Shown here: piece by piece, positions 57,146-64,000 of the stretch
Numbering within the stretch: the first letter of the stretch is position 1
How the letters are laid out: every line of letters begins with the position of its first letter
Source: Treponema sp.
GTDB lineage: Bacteria; Spirochaetota; Spirochaetia; Treponematales; Treponemataceae
Reading direction: 5' to 3'
NCBI GenBank assembly: GCA_024683675.1
Contig: JAIKYB010000074.1
Span: forward strand, 680-64,679
Length of the DNA stretch: 64,000 nt
Made by a program: the position numbers and the translations under genes
The notes under the pieces: generated by a model
Databases searched by the model: none
What the model saw: the letters and a program-made list of their open reading frames with translations, nothing else
Told to the model about the DNA's origin: nothing

Positions 57146-59047
57146 ATTTTACTTTCAAAAATACACAGTCCGAAAGATATAAAGAATCTCAATCATAAAG
57201 AATTATCTCAGCTTGCAACAGAAATCCGCAGAACAATTATCGAAGTTGTTGGAAAAAATGGCGGACATCTTGCCAGTAATCTGGGGGTAGTTGAACTAAC
57301 AATTGCTCTTCACAGAGTATTTAACAGTCCTGAAGATGCCATAATCTGGGATGTAAGTCATCAGTGCTATGCCCATAAACTTCTGACCGGCCGTTATGAG
57401 GAGTTTAAAACTCTGCGCCAGAAAAACGGATTATCAGGCTTTACAAATAAATCAGAAAGCGTACATGACTTTTTTATAAACGGGCATTCTTCAACCTCAA
57501 TCTCTTCCGCCCTGGGCCTTCTTGCTGCCCGCGAATTAAATGGAGACAAGGGCAAGGTAATTGCAGTTATTGGAGACGGAGCCCTTACCGGTGGAATGGC
57601 CTTTGAAGCTCTTTCTCATGCAGGTCAGCTTTCAAAAAATCTAATTGTTATCTTAAATGATAACCAGATGTCTATAGACCATAATACAGGTTCCGTATCC
57701 CGTTATTTGAGCCGTCTTACAACAACAGCCCGCTATCAGTCTTTCCGTTACAAGGTTGATAAAGCAATTGATAAGATTCCATACTTGGGCCGCCATCTGG
57801 AAAAATTTATTTTCCGTTTTAAGCGTTCATTAAAGGGGCTTTTCCTTACAAACAATCTTTTCGTTGACCTTGGTTTTGAATATGTTGGTCCTCTTGATGG
57901 TCATAACGAAACTTCTCTTGAAGCCGTGCTTAAAAAGGTAAGCCGCCTGCACAGACCTGTTGTTGTTCATGTGGTGACAAAAAAGGGAAAGGGCTATAGT
58001 CCTGCAGAAGATAATCCGGAATTATTCCATGGAATTGGTCCCTTCCAGATAAGTGACGGTACTGTAGAAAAATTTGATACTCTCAGCTTTACAGAAGCCT
58101 TTAGCAATATAATTTGTGATTATGCTGAAAATAATAAAGACATAGTTGCTATTACGGCTGCAATGGCTAAGGGAACAGGTCTCAGTCATTTTTCCCATAC
58201 ATATCCGGACCGTTTTTTTGATGTAGGAATTGCAGAAGAGCATGCCGTTACCTTTGCGGGAGGTCTTGCCCGTGGTGGTAAGGTTCCTGTTGTTTGTATT
58301 TATTCTACCTTTATTCAGCGTTCTGTAGACCAGATGATTCATGATATCACTTTGCAAAAGGCTCATGCCGTCTTTATGATTGACAGGGCCGGTGCTGTTC
58401 CTGGGGACGGAGCAACCCATCAGGGAATTTATGATATAGCACTCTTTAGGGCAGTCCCTGAACTTGAAATTTTAAGTGTTGTCAGTGCAAATGACCTGCG
58501 CCTCTGCTTTGAATGGGCTGTTGAAAAGGGAACTGCTGTAATGATAAGGTATCCAAAGCTTTCCTGTCCAACTGAGCTTCCTCAATTTTCTTCGCCAATT
58601 GAATTTGGCCGGGGAATATTTGTTCCTTGCTCTGAATATGTAATTGGAAATATTAGTGAAGAAGAATTGGAAAAACGTCAGCACAAGATTCTTGTTGTTT
58701 GTACCGGCGGCATCTATTCAGAGGTTCAAAAGGCTGTAAGAGCAGTTCTTTTGGATAATGGTTATGCAGACCTTTATATTTTGCGTTTTATAAAGCCATT
58801 CGACGAAAGCTATTTTATTGAGCTGGCTAAGAAATACTACGGAATTGTCTTTGTAGAAGATGGCATAATTGACGGGGGAGTTGGAGAATACCTGAACCAG
58901 CTGGCCCTTAAAAATGGAATTACAAATACCCGTCTTATGGGCTTTGAAGACCGTTTTTACAGTCATGGCAGCCGCGAAGATGTTCTAAACGAAGCCCGTC
59001 TTTCTGTAAATGATATTCGGGAGTCAATTCGTAAATGTGCCAAATAG
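57146..59047 (+). CDS. dxs: 1-deoxy-D-xylulose-5-phosphate synthase, probable ATT start
   Basis: GGHLASNLG, GHSSTS, GDGALTGG, LNDNQMSI, DVGIAEEHA, DG.THQG. Confidence 0.95.
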   Translation: MLLSKIHSPKDIKNLNHKELSQLATEIRRTIIEVVGKNGGHLASNLGVVELTIALHRVFNSPEDAIIWDVSHQCYAHKLLTGRYEEFKTLRQKNGLSGFTNKSESVHDFFINGHSSTSISSALGLLAARELNGDKGKVIAVIGDGALTGGMAFEALSHAGQLSKNLIVILNDNQMSIDHNTGSVSRYLSRLTTTARYQSFRYKVDKAIDKIPYLGRHLEKFIFRFKRSLKGLFLTNNLFVDLGFEYVGPLDGHNETSLEAVLKKVSRLHRPVVVHVVTKKGKGYSPAEDNPELFHGIGPFQISDGTVEKFDTLSFTEAFSNIICDYAENNKDIVAITAAMAKGTGLSHFSHTYPDRFFDVGIAEEHAVTFAGGLARGGKVPVVCIYSTFIQRSVDQMIHDITLQKAHAVFMIDRAGAVPGDGATHQGIYDIALFRAVPELEILSVVSANDLRLCFEWAVEKGTAVMIRYPKLSCPTELPQFSSPIEFGRGIFVPCSEYVIGNISEEELEKRQHKILVVCTGGIYSEVQKAVRAVLLDNGYADLYILRFIKPFDESYFIELAKKYYGIVFVEDGIIDGGVGEYLNQLALKNGITNTRLMGFEDRFYSHGSREDVLNEARLSVNDIRESIRKCAK

Positions 59048-59823
59048 ACTTTTCAAAATTTTCTCTAAAAAGTTCACGTCCAGCCCTTTTAATGGGAATT
59101 GTTAATGCAACACCAGATTCTTTTTATGAAAAAAGTCGGGGTGGGCAGCAAAGAGCCTTTCAGCTTATAGAAGAAGGAGCTGATATTCTTGATATTGGTG
59201 GTGAATCAACCAGACCTGGTTATACAGAGGTTGATGCAGAAGAAGAAATCAAGCGCATCCTGCCTGTAATAGAAGCTGTAAGAAAGGAATTTTCACCAGA
59301 ACAAATAAGAATTTCTGTAGATACCAGAAAAGCTTCTGTTTTTAAGGCAGCCTATGAAGCTGGAGCAGATATTCTAAATGATGTTTCTGCCCTTAGCGAT
59401 GACGAAACAATAACAGAGCTTGCTGCAAAGCTTCAGGTTCCGGTAGTTTTAATGCACCAGGGGCCGGGAAGAGCCGAAGAAATAGCAGCTTTCTTTAAAA
59501 GCCGAAGTCGGGAAGTGCAGCTTCAAGGAATAAAAGCTGAAGATATTATTGTAGACCCTGGAATAGGCTTTGGAAAAAGTAATGAAGAGTGTATTGATAT
59601 CATAAAAAAGACAGAAGTTCTTTGTAAAAGTGAATATCCTCTTTTAATGGCACTTTCCAGAAAGCGCTGTATTGGTCAAATGACAGGACGGGATGCTGAA
59701 AACAGGCTTTTCGGAACTCTTGCAGCTGATATGATTTCAGTTCAAAAGGGTGCAAAAATTATCAGAGTACATGATCTTTCTGCCGCAATTGATACATTAA
59801 ATGTGATGAAATATCTTCAATAA
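59035..59823 (+). CDS. folP: Dihydropteroate synthase
   Basis: MGIVNATPDSF, DIGGESTRPG, DPGIGFGK, SRKR, RVHD. Confidence 0.95.
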   Translation: MCQIDFSKFSLKSSRPALLMGIVNATPDSFYEKSRGGQQRAFQLIEEGADILDIGGESTRPGYTEVDAEEEIKRILPVIEAVRKEFSPEQIRISVDTRKASVFKAAYEAGADILNDVSALSDDETITELAAKLQVPVVLMHQGPGRAEEIAAFFKSRSREVQLQGIKAEDIIVDPGIGFGKSNEECIDIIKKTEVLCKSEYPLLMALSRKRCIGQMTGRDAENRLFGTLAADMISVQKGAKIIRVHDLSAAIDTLNVMKYLQ

Positions 59824-59842
59824 TGTTGTATAATATAAAAAT

Positions 59843-60658
59843 ATGATAGGCATTGATAGACTTTTATACATTTATGATTTTATACGTCCTGTACTGGACA
59901 TAGCAATTCTTGCCTTTCTGATTTATAAAGCTTACGATTTTATTTCAAGAACCAATGGCGTTCAGCTTATTAAGGCTATTGCAATAGTTGCCGGAGCCTA
60001 CGCCATTGCAGCCTTTTTAAAGCTAAATACAATTCTCTGGCTTCTAAATATTATTGCACCAGGAATTGTAATTGGACTTGCTCTTGTTTTCCAACCAGAA
60101 ATCAGAAAGCTTTTTCTTAGAATCGGACAAAATAACTGGTTTGCTTTTGGTAACCGTTCTAAACATACTTATGTAGATGCAGTTTTAATTGCAGCCGATA
60201 TGCTTTCCAAGCAAAAAAGAGGAATGCTGGCAGTTTTTATGCGTCATACCAAGCTTGATAACATTATGCAGACTGGAACAATCTTAAATGCAGATCTTTC
60301 TTCAAGTCTTCTAATGACAATTTTTGGTAAGGATACCTCTTTACATGATGGTGCCTGCTTTATTCAGGGTGGTAAGCTGATTGCCGCAGGCTGCTTCCTT
60401 CCAACCAGTGAAAATTATTCAATTAAAAAGACCTTTGGTACAAGACACCGTGCAGCACTTGGCCTTTCTGAAGTTTCAGATGCTGTAGTTCTTGTTGTTT
60501 CGGAAGAAACCGGGGCTCTTAGTCTTGCCTATGATTCAAAACTAAATTATGATCTTTCACTTTCTGAAGTTCGTAAGGTTTTGGAAAATCTGCTTGAAAT
60601 TACACCAGAAGAAAAAGTTTTGGAGGATACAGTTGACGAGCACCAAACGTTTAATTGA
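59843..60658 (+). CDS. cdaA: Diadenylate cyclase CdaA
   Basis: 3 TM helices, FQPEIR, LHDGA, GTRHRAA, VSEETG. Confidence 0.95.
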   Translation: MIGIDRLLYIYDFIRPVLDIAILAFLIYKAYDFISRTNGVQLIKAIAIVAGAYAIAAFLKLNTILWLLNIIAPGIVIGLALVFQPEIRKLFLRIGQNNWFAFGNRSKHTYVDAVLIAADMLSKQKRGMLAVFMRHTKLDNIMQTGTILNADLSSSLLMTIFGKDTSLHDGACFIQGGKLIAAGCFLPTSENYSIKKTFGTRHRAALGLSEVSDAVVLVVSEETGALSLAYDSKLNYDLSLSEVRKVLENLLEITPEEKVLEDTVDEHQTFN

Positions 60659-61655
60659 GAAGCTGCAGGATAATCTGGTTGCAAAGATTGTCAGTCTGGG
60701 AATTGCAATCCTCCTCTATCTTTTTTATCATGCCTCACAAATAGACAAAAAAACAATAGTTGTTCCTCTTAAAATCGTCGAAGACGGAATTGTTATGCAT
60801 GTTGGCTCAGTTCCCAATAACATTTCTCTTGTAATCCGTACTAATGACACAATTATGAATATGATTAATCCTTCTGATTTTGAAGGGGTAGTAGATATTT
60901 CCTATATTACAGAGCCTGGTACTTATAAGCTTCCGGTTCATATTAACCTTTCTTCAAAGTTGATGGAGCTTGATCCTCTTGAAGTAATCTTAAAGGATGA
61001 AGAAATCAAAATCTCTGTAGATAAAAGAATTACAAAATATGTTCCATTAGTTCCTTCAATTGTAGGAGAAGTTGCTCATGGTTATACAATTAATCAGGTA
61101 ACAATCAGTCCTTCTACTGTCGAAATTGCAGGTCCGGAAAGTATTCTTAATGGAATAGAAGGAATCCCAACTACAAGAATTATGGTTTCAAATGCCGAAA
61201 ATAATTTTAGTGTTGAAACCTCCTGTCAGGAACAGACTAAGCTAGTTTCAATTTTAGAGGATGGACCATTTACAGCAACCGTAAGTCTTGATACTCAGCT
61301 TATGGAAAGGGAATTTACAAATATTAAAATTGATGTATTATCCCTACCAGAAGCACTTACACTAACTTCAGAGCTTCCTTCTTTAAATCTTGTGCTTTCC
61401 GGCGATGTTCCAATTCTTGAAAATTATACACTTAAAGGTAGAGTTGCCTATATAAATCTTAAAGATATAAGTGAAGCAGGAACTTATGAGCTTCCTGTTA
61501 AGATAAGTCTACCTTCTTCCTTACAGGTAATTTCTCAGACTCCGGAAAGCATAACCCTTTCATTGGAAAATGTAGAAGAGACTACAGAAAATATCGAAAA
61601 TCAAGAAAATCCGGAAAATCAGGAAGTCTCTGCAGAAGAAAGTGAGGTAGAATGA
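60633..61655 (+). CDS. cdaR: YbbR-domain regulator CdaR
   Basis: TTG start after GGAGGA, N-terminal TM helix, YbbR-like repeats; follows cdaA. Confidence 0.88.
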   Translation: MTSTKRLIEKLQDNLVAKIVSLGIAILLYLFYHASQIDKKTIVVPLKIVEDGIVMHVGSVPNNISLVIRTNDTIMNMINPSDFEGVVDISYITEPGTYKLPVHINLSSKLMELDPLEVILKDEEIKISVDKRITKYVPLVPSIVGEVAHGYTINQVTISPSTVEIAGPESILNGIEGIPTTRIMVSNAENNFSVETSCQEQTKLVSILEDGPFTATVSLDTQLMEREFTNIKIDVLSLPEALTLTSELPSLNLVLSGDVPILENYTLKGRVAYINLKDISEAGTYELPVKISLPSSLQVISQTPESITLSLENVEETTENIENQENPENQEVSAEESEVE

Positions 61656-62023
61656 TTTTTGGAATAGGGACTGATATAGTTCAGGTAAATCGCATGGAAA
61701 AGTGGATTGAAAAAGCTGATATGATAGAAAGATTTTTTAATCCGGCAGAAAAAAAGGATAGGGGAAGTAAGTCTCTACTTTGTCAGCATTATGCAGCCCG
61801 TTTTGCCGCCAAGGAGGCTTTTTCAAAGGCTCTGGGCACAGGGATTACAGGCTTTTCCTTGCAGGATGTTTATATAACAAATGATGAAAGCGGTAAGCCT
61901 TTTCTAAATGTAAAGGATTCTGCTGCCGATGTATTAAAAGAACGTTGCGGAGAATGTAAGCTTCATGTTTCTTTAAGTCATGAAAAAGAATACGCAACTG
62001 CAATTGTAATAATCGAGGGGTAA
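61652..62023 (+). CDS. acpS: Holo-ACP synthase
   Basis: GIGTDIV, ARFAAKEA..KALGTG, GKP, SLSHE. Confidence 0.96.
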   Translation: MIFGIGTDIVQVNRMEKWIEKADMIERFFNPAEKKDRGSKSLLCQHYAARFAAKEAFSKALGTGITGFSLQDVYITNDESGKPFLNVKDSAADVLKERCGECKLHVSLSHEKEYATAIVIIEG

Positions 62024-62025
62024 AT

Positions 62026-62898
62026 ATGGCCACAAAAGCAAAACCAGAAAAGAAAATCGGAATTACCTATTGGTCAAAGGAAAAGATGATTTGTCCAGTC
62101 TGTAAAAAGCTTTTCCCACGTGAAATTATGCGTAGTGGTAATGGACGAATGATTGCAGGTGGACTTACACCAGAACTGCACCGAATCTTTGAACCTTCTG
62201 CAAAATATGGACGTATTTATCCGCTTATTTATGAAATTGGCTGCTGTCCTCATTGTTATACAGCTTTTTTCTGGAATGACTTTACAGTAAAAATTCCACA
62301 GGAAGATAATGACAGGCTTTTTACACATTCACAGCAGCGCAAAAGTGCCTGTGAAAAAATCTTCCCATATTTTAATCTGAAAAAAGAACGTACTCTTTTT
62401 GATGGTTGTGCCATGTATTATCTGGCACTTATGACTTATGATGATGTAAATGAAGAATTTATTCCAACTCTTAAAAAAGCTATAATTTCTTTAAGACTTG
62501 CCTGGCTCACAAATGATCTTCATCACCGTTGTGCCGACCACAATTATGACCTGGTTTCAAAGATGTTTTATAATAAGGCTCTATTTTTCTACCAGCAGGC
62601 TGTTTATAATGAAACAGACCGTAAGGAAAAGAGCTCTTCCCTTAACAATATGGGCCCTGATATTGATAAAAATTACGGCTGGGATGGGGTAATCTATCTT
62701 TGTGGACTTCTGGAATATAAATATGGTCAGCAGGAGGATATTCAACTTCGACTGAAAAAGCTTAATGAATCTAAAACTGCCATTGCAAGAATCTTTGGTT
62801 TAGGAAAATCTTCAAAAAGTAAACCGGGACCTCTTTTGGAGCATGCCCGCGAGCTTTATGATAACCTTTCTAAGCTTGTTAAAGACGACGAATTCTAA
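62026..62898 (+). CDS. DUF2225-like Zn-binding protein
   Basis: CPVC...CPHC.TA, LRLAWL, YL.GLL.YK.G. Confidence 0.75.
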   Translation: MATKAKPEKKIGITYWSKEKMICPVCKKLFPREIMRSGNGRMIAGGLTPELHRIFEPSAKYGRIYPLIYEIGCCPHCYTAFFWNDFTVKIPQEDNDRLFTHSQQRKSACEKIFPYFNLKKERTLFDGCAMYYLALMTYDDVNEEFIPTLKKAIISLRLAWLTNDLHHRCADHNYDLVSKMFYNKALFFYQQAVYNETDRKEKSSSLNNMGPDIDKNYGWDGVIYLCGLLEYKYGQQEDIQLRLKKLNESKTAIARIFGLGKSSKSKPGPLLEHARELYDNLSKLVKDDEF

Positions 62899-63692
62899 TG
62901 AGAAATATTCTTCTTACAATTTCTTATGACGGTAGTGACTTTTGTGGCTGGCAGCGACAGGATGATGTGGATGGGGGACAAGCCTTTCGTACCGTTCAGG
63001 GAGAAGTTGAAAAAGCTCTCTTTAAGCTTCATAAAAAAGAAACTCCACTTTATGGTTCAGGCCGCACTGATAGTGGTGTTCATGCACTTGGACAGGCTGC
63101 TAATTTTTATTCACCTGTAGATTCAATGCCAGCGGAAAATTATATCCGTGCTCTAAATGCCTTTTTACCTGCAGATGTCCGAATTACAGCCGCATGCGAG
63201 GTTCCTGAAGATTTTTCTGCCCGTAAAAATGCAACCAGCCGTGTATATCGTTATTTTATTTCCTTTGGAGATTCTGTTCCTGCCAATAATTTCCGATATT
63301 CCTGGTATGTAAAAAACTATCAGCCGGATATAGAGAGATTAAATCAGCTTTCTGCCTGTTTGAGAGGGGAATTGGACTGTTCTTCCTTCTGCGCTAGTGG
63401 AGACCAGAGCCTTTCCATGAATCGTTATATAGATGATGCACATTTTTTTATTCAAAAAGACATTTGGGGAAAGGAGCTTTTAGTTTTTCAGATAGAAGCT
63501 AATGCCTTTTTATGGAAAATGGTACGCACCCTTACTGGGACAATTGTAAATCTAGATAAAAGCAAGGCTCTTTCTGATGCTCTGGAAAAAATATTAAAAG
63601 CAAAGGACCGTAATCAGGCAGGTGTAACAGCCCCTCCAACAGGTTTGTTTTTATATGAAATTAAGTTTGACGGTATCCGTCGCCATGAATAG
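62898..63692 (+). CDS. truA: tRNA pseudouridine(38-40) synthase
   Basis: YDG..F.GWQ.Q, GRTDSGVHA, FLWKMVR, TAPP.GL.L. Confidence 0.96.
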   Translation: MRNILLTISYDGSDFCGWQRQDDVDGGQAFRTVQGEVEKALFKLHKKETPLYGSGRTDSGVHALGQAANFYSPVDSMPAENYIRALNAFLPADVRITAACEVPEDFSARKNATSRVYRYFISFGDSVPANNFRYSWYVKNYQPDIERLNQLSACLRGELDCSSFCASGDQSLSMNRYIDDAHFFIQKDIWGKELLVFQIEANAFLWKMVRTLTGTIVNLDKSKALSDALEKILKAKDRNQAGVTAPPTGLFLYEIKFDGIRRHE

Positions 63693-63763
63693 TTGCATGG
63701 AACTTGCATGAAAAGTGCATAGACCACTTGATTAACTACTTGCATAAATACTTTCATGAATAA
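63682..63763. repeat. Degenerate 11-13-bp tandem repeat, about 7 units, consensus near TTGCATRAATAC
   Basis: gccatgaatag ttgcatggaac ttgcatgaaaa gtgcatagaccac ttgattaactac ttgcataaatac tttcatgaataa. Confidence 0.6.
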
Positions 63764-64000
63764 TTATAATAAGGATACAGGATCTACATCATATTCAATA
63801 TAAACATTTTGATTATGGCTATATTCAAATAGGAGCTTTCTGGCCATAGCCTGTAAAGGAATAATTGAACCAGCCTTTAATAAAATCTGGAAGCGCCAGC
63901 TGGAATTAATTCTTTCTATAGGACATTCTGCAGGTCCAATAATTTCAACCCCTCGGCCTGCTGCCTGAGCCAGTAAACCAGCTGCCTCCTCTGCGCTTTC
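63764..64000 (-). CDS. priA: Primosomal protein N' C-terminus (partial)
   Basis: Not in the track; translates ...IIGPAECPIERINSSWRFQILLK...IEYDVDPVSLL*. Confidence 0.85.
   Translation of the reverse strand, partial: ESAEEAAGLLAQAAGRGVEIIGPAECPIERINSSWRFQILLKAGSIIPLQAMARKLLFEYSHNQNVYIEYDVDPVSLL

Noticed and set aside
61587-61626. 9-bp GAAAATNNN repeats
   Set aside because: They simply encode the low-complexity acidic tail of CdaR (ENIENQENPENQE)
1231-63120. Many short antisense or alternate-frame ORFs in the track (e.g. 20277-20738, 27947-28333, 38257-38688, 58022-58420)
   Set aside because: They overlap well-supported genes and show no recognisable motifs; treated as shadow ORFs
1-64000. 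CRISPR arrays, IS elements, prophage, rRNA or defence systems
   Set aside because: I saw no repeat-spacer arrays, transposase, integrase or phage genes, or rRNA-like sequence

Overview
AT-rich bacterial chromosomal segment, almost certainly from a Treponema-like spirochete: flagellins starting M(I/V)INHNMS, the FlaB/FlaG/FliD and FliW/CsrA modules, spirochete-type lipoproteins, bS22, and gene order recalling other treponemes. Most of it is core genome: a flagellar late-gene region (flgN-flgK-flgL-fliW-csrA converging on flaB-flaB-flaG-fliD-hyp-pilZ-hyp-tsaE-tsaB), rdgB, tRNA-Met, an anaerobic ribonucleotide reductase locus, lnt/galK-like/surE/TPR genes, trmB-ligA, a repair block (addB-addA, recO, recJ) interrupted by araB-araD, rpoZ-miaA-bS22-dxs-folP-cdaA-cdaR-acpS-DUF2225-truA and the 3' end of priA. 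I saw no CRISPR array, transposase or integrase. Main unusual signals: (1) a split class III RNR whose glycyl-radical loop is a separate small protein fused to a glutaredoxin-like domain, with its own NrdR-boxed promoter and complementary docking helices; (2) DNA polymerase IV fused in frame through an internal signal-peptide-like segment to a ~1500-aa outer-membrane-like protein; (3) a synonymously recoded copy of the last 17 flagellin codons plus stop in a structured element just downstream of flaB; (4) a consensus sigma-54 promoter upstream of a divergent sigma-70-like gene; (5) probable AUU and ACG start codons and many apparently leaderless genes. All family assignments come from motif recognition by eye; no database searches were run.
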